DNA of 28,011 bases from Candidatus Xenobia bacterium (GTDB taxonomy: Bacteria; Vulcanimicrobiota; Xenobia; Xenobiales; QWHO01), in contig BTUM01000098.1 in the NCBI GenBank assembly GCA_045863235.1, positions 1 through 28,011 on the forward strand, read 5' to 3'. This document shows, piece by piece, positions 1-8,308 of the stretch (its first letter is position 1; every line of letters begins with the position of its first letter). The notes under the pieces are model-generated. The model was not told the origin of the DNA. It ran no database searches and saw only the letters and a list, made by a program, of their open reading frames with translations. The position numbers and the translations under genes are program-made.

Positions 1-196
1 AGCAGTCCTCACCCGCACAAGTTGCTCAAGAAACTTCCTCTGTTCATCGGTCAGGTCAACAGGAATCTCGGATTTACGGGCCACAGCGACGCGCTCCCTC
101 GAAGAAGTCGAACAAGCGTTTGTAACGAGGTGGGTTCTGAAAAACCTTCCAGCTAAGGCACAATTTCCTGAAAATAATTCTGTCGGCGACCACTTA
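1..196 (-). mobile_element. Probable IS630-family element, left end plus transposase N-terminus (runs off the window)
   Basis: The minus strand has GTG at 84 after GAGGGAG (SD-like) and reads (M)ARKSEIPVDLTDEQRKFLEQLVRVRTA to the window edge. This resembles the 'L(S/T)xEERxxLexxxRxxT' N-terminus of IS630 transposases. A candidate end TAAGTGGTCGCCGACAGAATTATT begins at the TA at 195-196. The region is visibly more AT-rich than the rest of the window. Confidence 0.5.
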
Positions 197-546
197 GCGG
201 ACACCTATCTCTGCGAGCTCACAGCTCAACCGGGCGGGTCCGTGGGGCGCCCACTTACGAGAACGGTCTCTCAGACCAAATGAGCAATCGGACGACCCCT
301 TTGGACCAACCCACCCCGAAGAAGCCCCGGTCCCGGTAGGAAGTATCTCGTTCCACCAAGCTCAAAGCTCCTCCAAGACCTTTTTCATACCAGGTACGAG
401 AGAGTATGTCAGCATGTCGAGATCGACGACAACACTGACTCTCTGTCGGCAGGACTATCGCCAACATTTCTGGCGGGGCTGATCCTCAGGAACCTGGCGG
501 CCAACACCATCTGAATTCTTTCAGCCCCTTCTGCCACCATGGCCTC

Positions 547-3500
547 ATGCAGGTCTCTGCGCTGGGCCCGGCTGCCCTGACGGCGAACCGCTACCGCCTT
601 TCCCCCAGGGCGGTTGCCTCGCCTGTGGACGAGGTCACCCTGTCTGCTCCTCCCAGCGCCCGGCCGGTGGAGCCGGCGGCGCGCACCGGGCAACTTGGCC
701 CGATGGCCCCGGTCGTGGAGCAGGAGCTGAGCCGGCTCCAGGTCGCCTTCAAGGAGAAGAAATGGCTCAACCTCTGGGGATCCTCCACCAGAGATCTGAC
801 CAGCGCCCAGGCGGCCGACCGGCTCGAGCGGGGCAAGGCCGGCCGCCTGCTCGTCGAGACCGACGGAAAGGAGCTCCCGCTCACCTCCAAGACCGACCTG
901 GCCGCGCTCGAGCACCTGTTGGGGCAGCCCCAGCGCGAGGCTCCCCTCGAGGCGCAGGCGCTCAAGGAGCTGAAAGATGCGGGATATGGGTTTGAGAACG
1001 CGGGGGCCTACGAGGCTTACCTCATCGCCCAGAAGGGCGGCACGCTGGTGGTAGTGCAGGGCGAGATCCCCTGCGCGCGGGCCAGTGCCCAGGAGCTGCC
1101 CGGGCTGGCCGACCGGATGGCTGCGGCCACGCGCCAGTGGGACGAGCTGACCTGCCGTCTCGAGAAAGACCCGGCCGGTGCCACGGCGGGCTTCGTGCGG
1201 CATCTCGGCCAGGTCTACGCCGGTCGGAGCGACCGGCTGGTGGCCTCTCTGCCGGCCTCGCCGGTCCGGGCGCTGGCCAGCGAGATGCTCAAGGAGCTGA
1301 GTCCCGATCAGGTGGCCGACCGGCTCGAGCTGGCTTCCCCGGCCGTGGAGGGAGTCGACGCGCTGGAGCACCTGCAAGTGCTCCAGGCCTTTGGCTGGCA
1401 GAGCGAGCTGGCCGGGCTCAAGACGGCTGACCGGGCCCTGCGCTTTCAGACCAGGCAGGTCGGCTTTGCGGAAGCTGCCGGCCGACTGGGCCAACTGGCT
1501 GCAGCGCAGCGCCCCGAGCTGGTGGCCGAGTTCGCCAAAGACTCGCCGGATCTCGGGGTTCTCCAGGCAGCTCTGGAGGCGAAGCTGGCCGGCTGCAAGC
1601 CGGGGGAGGCTTTGAGCTCGCGCCCATCTCCCCACCAGACGTTCCTGGAGCTCAACGCTCTGGCCGACGAGCTCAAGGCGGCCGGGGGCACCTGGTATGG
1701 CCACACGCAGCCTCTCTTCCGGGCCTACGCGCGCTGCAAGCCCGAGGCCGAGGGCTTGAGCTTCCTCCACCAGCTCGTGCGCCACGGCGTCTTCGGGGAC
1801 GAAGCGGCGGGCTGCCTGGCAGCGGTGCTGGCTCCGGTGGGCAACCTGACGCTGGCCGACCGCGCCCGGAGTTTCCAGGAGCTTGTCCTGGGCCATCCGG
1901 TGCTGGACCAGAGCCAGGTCCGCCTGCCCGCTTACCAGGCCTGGGCCGCGGAAGTCCAATCCGGTGCCTCGCCCCAGGAAGCCAGCCAGCGTGTGGGGCA
2001 GCTCGCCGATGCCTTGCAGGCCAGCAAGCAAACCTGGTATGGCCACATCACCCCCGTGTTCAGGGCTCACTCGCGCCTGGCGGCCGGCAACGAGGCGCAC
2101 CGGGCCCTTCTGGTCGAGCTGGCGGGCCAGGGCGTGGTGGGCGAGCCGGGTATGGCCTGCCTCAAGCGCGTGCTCCAGCCCTGCGGCAACACGAGCCTGG
2201 ACGAGCGGATGCAGGCCATGCGCGAGCTGACCATGCAGGCCGGCAGCCCCCTGTCCGAAACCAACTGCCGCGAGGCCACCATGAAGGCCTGGCGGGCCGA
2301 GGTGGAGGCGGGAGCCAGTCCGGCCGAAGCCACCAGCCGCCTTCAGAGCCTCTCCGAGTTGCTCGTCAAGAACAAGATCACCTGGTACGGCTACGTTCTG
2401 GGGGCACTCTCGACCCACGAGAAGCACCTGGTGGGAACCACCGAGCGGGCCGAGCGGCAGGCTTTCCTGGAGAGCCTGCTGAGCCAGCAGATCCTGGGGG
2501 ACGAGCTGGTGGGGGTCTTCGAGCAGGTGGCGGCTCCTCTGGGAGGGACCACTCTGGGCGAGCGTATCGCTGCTTTCCAGGAGCTGACCGCCGACAAGCC
2601 TTTCGGCCAGAACGTCAGCCGCATCGCGGCCATGTCTGCCTGGCGGGCCGAGCTGGAGGCCGGTACTGACAAGGCTGAGGCCCTCGAGCGCCTGCAAGAG
2701 CTGGCCGGGGCGATGAAGCAAGGCCAGATGGAGTGGTACGGTCATGTGAGCGCCGCGCTGGAGGGCTATCAGGACAGCCTGGCGGGAGGTCCCGAGCTGG
2801 ACGGGGGACGAGCCCTGCTCGGTCGCCTGGTGCGCGGCGGTCTGCCGGGGGAGGAGAGTGCCTCCGTGCTGGAGTCTGTGATGGAGCCGGTGGCGGGCCT
2901 CACGCTGGAGCAGAAGGCTGAGGAGCTCGAGCGGCTCTGCCTGGCGAAAGGGCATCCGTTCGCGCAAAATGGTGTCCGCGAGCCGGCCTTCACCGCCTTC
3001 AAACGACAGATCGAGCACGGCATTGCGGTGGACGAGGCGCGAGAGCGCCTGGAGAGCCTGGCCCAGGCCGCCCTTGCCGCTGAGCGCACCTGGCACGGAT
3101 ACCTGGGTGGGATGCTGACCGCCTGCAGCGAGAACCTCCAGTCGCCGCTTGCCATCCGCGTCGGGTATGCCATGCTCACGCGCGAGCTCGCCGCCAAACC
3201 GCGTCAGGAGAAGCTCACCGCTCTTCCGATCCGGGTGGCCGAGACCTTCGAGAAGCTGAGCTCGCTGGGGATCCCCGACGAGCAGCTCGAGGCGCTCTTT
3301 GAGAATGCGACCGGGGATACGCTCGATCAGATCGTGGAAACAGCCTCCCAGGCCGCCGCCCTGACCCGTCGCGGTCAGAGCACCTCACCCGTCGAGGAAG
3401 GCGAGAATCACGTGGTCTTCCAGGGGGTCCGTGTGACCAAGCGGGGGGCGCAGGCGTCCGGTAACGGGCCCGAGTTCCTGGAGGGCGTTGCCAGCAGCCC

Positions 3501-4347
3501 TCTTCCTCGAGCACAAGAGGCACCGGAGGTCTCCTCGCTGGAGCCCCGGCGTCCCGCCGATGACCTGCAGTTCGCCTACCGCTCAGGTGAGCTGGGCGCC
3601 ACCTTCGATCACAACAACAGCACCAGCTCGAGAGCGGTCTACACGGCCGTGCTGGCCGTGGCTGGCAGTGAGGAGAAGGCCCGCGAAGCCTACCTCCTGG
3701 GGGGGCGCTTTGATCAGAACAACTCGCGCTCGAGCCGGGCTGCCTACGCGGTGGCGGCGGCCATCGCGGGAGAGCGCGAGAAGGCGAAGGCAGCCTTCCG
3801 GCTCGGCTCGGAGTTCGATCAGGGGAACAGCCACGCCTCGCGCTCGCTCTTCACGGTCGCGGCTGCCCTGGCGGGCGATCGCCAGAAGGCGCGTCAGGCC
3901 CACTCCCTGGGCAGCGCGCTGGATGGGGGGAATTCTGCCCGCACCCGGGCATTCTTCACCATCGCGGCCGCCATTGCGGGGGATGGGGTGCACCAGGCTG
4001 CCGCGCTTGGCTCTCGCTTCGACAACAACAACTCCACCCGCAGCCGGTGCCTGTTCACCATCGCCGCTGCCATCGACCCCGAGAAAGCCGAGGGCTGGCA
4101 CGACCTGGCCAGCGAGTTCGATCGCAACAATTCCACCGCCACTCGAGCGATGTTCACCATCGCCTGCGCCATCGCCGGCACTGAGGAGCGCGCCCGCCAG
4201 GCCTACGAGCTGGCCGGGGAGATGGACCGAAACAACAGCACCCGGTCGCGGGCGATGTTCACCATCGCCTGCGCGGCCGCGCTCAACCCCGAGAACGCGC
4301 GCTACGCCACGCCCATCAACTACGGTTATCTCTACGACGACGACTGA
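547..4347 (+). CDS. Large hypothetical repeat protein (1266 aa): low-complexity N-terminus, 5 x ~116-aa W(Y/H)G(H/Y) helical repeats, 7 x 33-35-aa DxNNS repeats
   Basis: Long ORF with GC3-rich codons matching the genome. Internal repeats are visible in the translation. No recognisable enzyme motif. Confidence 0.9.
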   Translation: MQVSALGPAALTANRYRLSPRAVASPVDEVTLSAPPSARPVEPAARTGQLGPMAPVVEQELSRLQVAFKEKKWLNLWGSSTRDLTSAQAADRLERGKAGRLLVETDGKELPLTSKTDLAALEHLLGQPQREAPLEAQALKELKDAGYGFENAGAYEAYLIAQKGGTLVVVQGEIPCARASAQELPGLADRMAAATRQWDELTCRLEKDPAGATAGFVRHLGQVYAGRSDRLVASLPASPVRALASEMLKELSPDQVADRLELASPAVEGVDALEHLQVLQAFGWQSELAGLKTADRALRFQTRQVGFAEAAGRLGQLAAAQRPELVAEFAKDSPDLGVLQAALEAKLAGCKPGEALSSRPSPHQTFLELNALADELKAAGGTWYGHTQPLFRAYARCKPEAEGLSFLHQLVRHGVFGDEAAGCLAAVLAPVGNLTLADRARSFQELVLGHPVLDQSQVRLPAYQAWAAEVQSGASPQEASQRVGQLADALQASKQTWYGHITPVFRAHSRLAAGNEAHRALLVELAGQGVVGEPGMACLKRVLQPCGNTSLDERMQAMRELTMQAGSPLSETNCREATMKAWRAEVEAGASPAEATSRLQSLSELLVKNKITWYGYVLGALSTHEKHLVGTTERAERQAFLESLLSQQILGDELVGVFEQVAAPLGGTTLGERIAAFQELTADKPFGQNVSRIAAMSAWRAELEAGTDKAEALERLQELAGAMKQGQMEWYGHVSAALEGYQDSLAGGPELDGGRALLGRLVRGGLPGEESASVLESVMEPVAGLTLEQKAEELERLCLAKGHPFAQNGVREPAFTAFKRQIEHGIAVDEARERLESLAQAALAAERTWHGYLGGMLTACSENLQSPLAIRVGYAMLTRELAAKPRQEKLTALPIRVAETFEKLSSLGIPDEQLEALFENATGDTLDQIVETASQAAALTRRGQSTSPVEEGENHVVFQGVRVTKRGAQASGNGPEFLEGVASSPLPRAQEAPEVSSLEPRRPADDLQFAYRSGELGATFDHNNSTSSRAVYTAVLAVAGSEEKAREAYLLGGRFDQNNSRSSRAAYAVAAAIAGEREKAKAAFRLGSEFDQGNSHASRSLFTVAAALAGDRQKARQAHSLGSALDGGNSARTRAFFTIAAAIAGDGVHQAAALGSRFDNNNSTRSRCLFTIAAAIDPEKAEGWHDLASEFDRNNSTATRAMFTIACAIAGTEERARQAYELAGEMDRNNSTRSRAMFTIACAAALNPENARYATPINYGYLYDDD
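1690..3102 (+). repeat. Protein-level tandem repeat, 114-119 aa period
   Basis: Trp codons of the (T/E)W(Y/H)G(H/Y) motif lie at 1693, 2035, 2383, 2734 and 3091 (spacing 342/348/351/357 nt). Recurrent 'P(V/L)GxxTLxER..FQEL' and 'AWRAEVEAGASP.EA..RL' blocks lie between them. Confidence 0.9.
3574..4290 (+). repeat. Protein-level tandem repeat, 7 units of 33-35 aa
   Basis: Consensus is roughly AYxLGxxFDxNNSxxSRAxFTIAAAIAGxxEKARx. The (F/L/M)D codons start at 3604, 3709, 3814, 3919, 4018, 4117 and 4222 (spacing 105/105/105/99/99/105 nt). Confidence 0.92.
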
Positions 4348-4353
4348 GTCCGC

Positions 4354-5733
4354 TCACGGAATCGGCACGACCATGTACCACAGCTGCACGCTGCCGTTGG
4401 CCATCGGCTCTTGCCACATGGTGAGCCTGTCCCCGCGCTTGACGGGGCCGCGCCACAGGGTGGAGACGGCCTTGTTGCCCAGAAGGCCGCTGCCCACGCC
4501 GGGGGCGTAGATGACCTCGCTGGCCTGGCGGCCGTTGGAGACCCAGTGCCTTCCACCGTAAGGGCTGGAGCGGTTGATGACCACCAGGGCGACCTCGCGG
4601 CAGCCCGGGGGCAGCTCCTTCAGCTCCAGATCAAAGCCCGTGCGGGCGCCGTACTTGCCGCGGTTGTCGGTGGTAGCGCCGCCGTCCACCGTGACGTCCA
4701 CGCCCGGGGTGGACTCGAACACCGAGTAGACCTGCACGGGCCAGCTTTTCTCGCTCCAGGAGGGCACGCTGTAGCTGGCGTGGCCCACCCGCTCGGGGAA
4801 CTGGAAGTGCCCGCGAGCATGCTGGAAGGCTTTCTTGATGCGGTGAAAGCGGGTGGGATTCTTCTCGGGATCGATGAACTTGTCGAGCCGCTCGATCTCC
4901 TCTTCCCAGACGATCGAGTGCAGCACCGGCATCTCCTGGAGCTCGGCCAGAGTGGGCACCTGATCTTCTTCGGTCACGGCGGCAAAGAGCTCGCCCTTGT
5001 CGGTGGCGGTGTACTCCAGGTGCACCACGCCGGTGACGCCTGGAGTCAGGGGCATGCGCACGAGCGGCTGGGAGGCCCCGGCATGCACGTAGGCGCGCGG
5101 CTCGAAAATGGTCTTGGAGAAGCCCACGAAGGCCTCTCCGCCGGCCTTGACGCTGTTCTTGTCCTTGGACTCGCCGCGCTTTCGCACGCTGACGAAGCTG
5201 TCTTTCTCGGGCACCCAGACCAGCCACATGACCAGAGGGCGCTTGGTGCCGTTGGTGTGGTCCATCAGCACCCGGATGGGAGCCGCGCCGGGCAGGGGAG
5301 AGCGGGCGTAGACGCCCACCGCGCCCGGCCCAGGATCGCCACCTCCGGGCTTTGCCGGCACGCGCTTTCTATCGTCGCGAATCTCCTCGGGCTGATCGCT
5401 CAGGAACAGGTAGTTGACGCTGCCCGGCACCACCTTGAGGGGGATGTTCAGGTGCAGGTCGGGGAAGCGGCCCTTGAGGGGGGGCAGGTCGGTCTGGTGG
5501 CGGTCGAGATCGCTGGGGGCCGCGAACTCGTAGACATCACCCGGGCGCGGCGAGTGATCGCCCACGGTCATGCGGATGCCCAGTTTGGTGGACTCCACCT
5601 GCTGGCCGATGGCCGGCAGGCCCTCGATCAGCTTGCGCAGGCGCTCGCTGGGGCTGTTGACGCCCTCCTGGGCGGCCAGGCTGGTTCCCAGTAATCCGGC
5701 GGCCAGAACGAGCGCCAGAATCGGTTTCTTCAT
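4354..5733 (-). CDS. Secreted hypothetical protein (459 aa), possibly DUF3370-like
   Basis: Signal peptide MKKPILALVLAAGLLGTSLAA, SD GGGAGG, starts 2 nt after the OPT stop. The motifs LFLSDQPEEI and DNRGKYG loosely recall the 'LxSnsPE...GNYGV' motifs of DUF3370-like proteins (weak). Confidence 0.8.
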   Translation of the reverse strand: MKKPILALVLAAGLLGTSLAAQEGVNSPSERLRKLIEGLPAIGQQVESTKLGIRMTVGDHSPRPGDVYEFAAPSDLDRHQTDLPPLKGRFPDLHLNIPLKVVPGSVNYLFLSDQPEEIRDDRKRVPAKPGGGDPGPGAVGVYARSPLPGAAPIRVLMDHTNGTKRPLVMWLVWVPEKDSFVSVRKRGESKDKNSVKAGGEAFVGFSKTIFEPRAYVHAGASQPLVRMPLTPGVTGVVHLEYTATDKGELFAAVTEEDQVPTLAELQEMPVLHSIVWEEEIERLDKFIDPEKNPTRFHRIKKAFQHARGHFQFPERVGHASYSVPSWSEKSWPVQVYSVFESTPGVDVTVDGGATTDNRGKYGARTGFDLELKELPPGCREVALVVINRSSPYGGRHWVSNGRQASEVIYAPGVGSGLLGNKAVSTLWRGPVKRGDRLTMWQEPMANGSVQLWYMVVPIP

Positions 5734-5735
5734 GG

Positions 5736-8258
5736 TCAGTCCTCCCGGTTTCTGGGTGGGCCGAGCACGAGCTCTCGGCCCACCAGATAGAGTAAACCGG
5801 CCAGCGCCACGAATGGCAGCAGGCTGAGCAGATCAGAGTGATCTCCGTGGTAGAGGGGGTTGCTGCTGGAGGCCCAGGTCTCGACCGCCCGGTTGAAGCC
5901 CTCGAAGCGGGGCAGCCCCTGGAAGACCGCGTAGATGATGCCGGCGATGGCGCCGCCGGCAATGTAGCCCGAGGCCAGCAGCACGCCCGAGCTCTTGTCT
6001 CCCTCGGCGGCCAGCTCTTCCGGGGTGGCCCGCGGATTCTTCTTGTGCAGCCAGCGATCGACCAGGTAGCGCACCAGCCCGCCCACCAGGATGGGGGTGG
6101 AGGAGGAGATGGGCAGGTAGACACCCACCGCGAAGGCCAGCGAGGGGATGCCGGAGAGCTCGAGCACCAGGGCGATCATGACTCCCAGCAGTACCAGCGG
6201 CCAGGGCAGCTCGCGGTTGAGGATTCCCTGGATGATGTAGCTCATCAGGGTCGCCTTGGGGGCGTCGAACTTCTTGACCTTGGAGCCGTCCGGGCGGGTG
6301 TCGTAGGTGCCGTTGATACCCGGATCGACCAGGTAGATGGCCCGGCCTCCCTCGTCCACCAGGAACTTCTGCCCCTTCTTGGTCTCGGGATTGAGCCGGT
6401 GCCAGACGCTGTACTCCCGGGTGTCGTGCTGGCCCTGCACCCCTTTGAGCCGCTCGCGTTGGCGCAGCTGGGAAGGCTCGGTTCGAAGGTCGGAGGGGAA
6501 GTTGGTCCGGCGCAGGTAGGTTACCTGGCCGGACGGGTCCACCAGGTAGTCGCCTGCGCGCAGCTTCGTCTGAGCGTCCTCTGAGTCGAGGTGGAGCAGG
6601 CGGTAGGGGCCGCCCGGCGGGGTGGCCTCGCCCGGCATGACTTCGCTCAGGCTGGGCAGGCTGGCCCAGCGCTCGGGCATCAGCTGCACCGGCTCGTCCA
6701 CCCGTTCCATGGTGACCGCCGGCACGTAGACCGTGCCCCCATCGTTGAGGGTCAGCAAGATGGGCCCCAGGATCAGGGCCGAGGCCAGCGCTCCGAACAG
6801 GATGGCGATCTGCTGCAGCCGCGGGGTGGCCCCCACCAGGAAGCCGGCCTTCAAATCCTGCGAGGTGGTGCCGCCGTTGGAGGCGGCGATGCACACGATG
6901 GCGCCCACCGAGAGGGCGGTGACGTAGTAGGCGGGTGCGGTCCAACCCATCAGCAGGAACACCAGGCTGGTCAGCAGCAGCGTGGCCACGGTCATGCCCG
7001 AGATGGGGTTGGAGGAGGAGCCGATCTCGCCCGTCAGGCGTGAGGACACGGTTACGAACAGGAAGCCGAAGAGCACGATCAGGATGGCGCCCAGCAGGTT
7101 CATATGCAGGGCCGGCACGGCGATGATGGCCACCACCAGCGCCACGATGCCCCCCAGCACGAAGGACATGGGCAGATCGCGGTCGGTGCGGGGGCGCTTG
7201 TCGGTCACGCTCTGGCCCACCCCGCGCAAGTCCTTGAGGCCTTCGCGCAGCCCGTGCCAGATGGTGGGCAGCGAGCGCAGCAGGCTGATGATCCCGCCGG
7301 CCGCCACCGCCCCGGCGCCGATGTAGAGGATGTAGGCGCTGCGGATGTCGTGGTGGGTCATCTCGGAGATCAGCATGGTGCCAGGCGCCAGCGGGCTGGT
7401 CAGCCCTTCGCCGAAGAACTTGATCATGGGGATCAGCACCAGGTAGGCCAGCACTCCTCCACCGCACATCACGGCCGCGATGCGAGGACCGATGATGTAG
7501 CCCACGCCCAACAGCTCGGGGGTGATCTCGGCGGCCACCGAGCCGGCCTTCAGGGGCCAGCCGAAGACCTTCTCGGGCGCATCCTTCCACAGCTTGAGCA
7601 CCTTCATGAGCACGTTGTAGGTAAAGCCCAGCCCGAAGCCGGCAAAGATGGTGAAGGCGTTGGTGGCGCTGCCTCCCCGAGCCTCCTCTTCGGCCCGGGC
7701 CGAGGGCGAGGCGTTGTCGCGCGACTCCTGCGAGGCACCCGCCTTGAGCACCTCGGCGCAGGCGGTGCCCTCGGGATACTTGAGCGTGCCGTGCTGCTGC
7801 ACGATCAGGGGACGGCGCAGCGGGATCATCATCAGGATGCCCAGCAAACCGCCCAGCACGGCCACCGTCATGACCCGGGTGATCTCCAGGTCAAAGCCCA
7901 GGATCATGATGGCCGGCATGGTCACGCCCACCCCGAAAGCGATCGACTCGCCTGCCGAGCCGGCCGTCTGCACCAGGTTGTTCTCGAGGATGGTGGCGTT
8001 CTTGACCCGGAAGACCTTGTGCAGCACGCGGAAGAAGGTGATCGAGATGACCGCCACCGGGATCGAGGCGCTCACCGTCAGGCCGACCTTGAGCACCAGA
8101 TAGAGCGAGCTGGCCCCGAACACCATGCCCAGCAAAATGCCCACGATCAGGGGCAGCAGCGTGAACTCGCGCAGCCTGGTCTCAGCGGCGATGTAGGGCT
8201 CGAAGGGGCGCTCTCCCATGGGCGGCTCCGGCAGGGCAGACTGATGGATCTGATTCAA
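5736..8258 (-). CDS. Oligopeptide transporter, OPT family, with a ~160-aa soluble insertion
   Basis: Motifs LYLVLKVGLTVSASIP, ENNLVQTAGSAGES, LKYPEGTACAEVL, GSSSNPISGMT, SQDLKAGFLVGATP and APKATLM. Start is either TTG 8258 or ATG 8219. Confidence 0.95.
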   Translation of the reverse strand: MNQIHQSALPEPPMGERPFEPYIAAETRLREFTLLPLIVGILLGMVFGASSLYLVLKVGLTVSASIPVAVISITFFRVLHKVFRVKNATILENNLVQTAGSAGESIAFGVGVTMPAIMILGFDLEITRVMTVAVLGGLLGILMMIPLRRPLIVQQHGTLKYPEGTACAEVLKAGASQESRDNASPSARAEEEARGGSATNAFTIFAGFGLGFTYNVLMKVLKLWKDAPEKVFGWPLKAGSVAAEITPELLGVGYIIGPRIAAVMCGGGVLAYLVLIPMIKFFGEGLTSPLAPGTMLISEMTHHDIRSAYILYIGAGAVAAGGIISLLRSLPTIWHGLREGLKDLRGVGQSVTDKRPRTDRDLPMSFVLGGIVALVVAIIAVPALHMNLLGAILIVLFGFLFVTVSSRLTGEIGSSSNPISGMTVATLLLTSLVFLLMGWTAPAYYVTALSVGAIVCIAASNGGTTSQDLKAGFLVGATPRLQQIAILFGALASALILGPILLTLNDGGTVYVPAVTMERVDEPVQLMPERWASLPSLSEVMPGEATPPGGPYRLLHLDSEDAQTKLRAGDYLVDPSGQVTYLRRTNFPSDLRTEPSQLRQRERLKGVQGQHDTREYSVWHRLNPETKKGQKFLVDEGGRAIYLVDPGINGTYDTRPDGSKVKKFDAPKATLMSYIIQGILNRELPWPLVLLGVMIALVLELSGIPSLAFAVGVYLPISSSTPILVGGLVRYLVDRWLHKKNPRATPEELAAEGDKSSGVLLASGYIAGGAIAGIIYAVFQGLPRFEGFNRAVETWASSSNPLYHGDHSDLLSLLPFVALAGLLYLVGRELVLGPPRNRED

Positions 8259-8259
8259 G

Positions 8260-8299
8260 CTTCAAGCGCCGAGGGGGGGGTCCTGCCTGGCTCTCGAAA
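8260..8299. promoter_or_regulatory. Overlapping divergent sigmaH-like promoters for OPT (-) and kinase (+)
   Basis: Minus strand: GCAGG(8286-8282)-N18-GAAG(8263-8260). Plus strand: GAGGGGG(8271-8277)-N18-GAAA(8296-8299), 9 nt before ATG 8309. Confidence 0.45.
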
Positions 8300-8308
8300 A
8301 GGCTGTTG

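Noticed and set aside
255..467. 70-aa minus-strand ORF
   Set aside because: Atypical codon usage, no SD and no motif; probably non-coding or decayed sequence.
409..3096. 895-aa minus-strand ORF and other long antisense ORFs (e.g. 4411-5694 +, 7104-8309 +, 15984-17258 +, 26041-27135 +)
   Set aside because: Shadow ORFs opposite well-supported genes, as expected in high-GC DNA. They have no family motifs.
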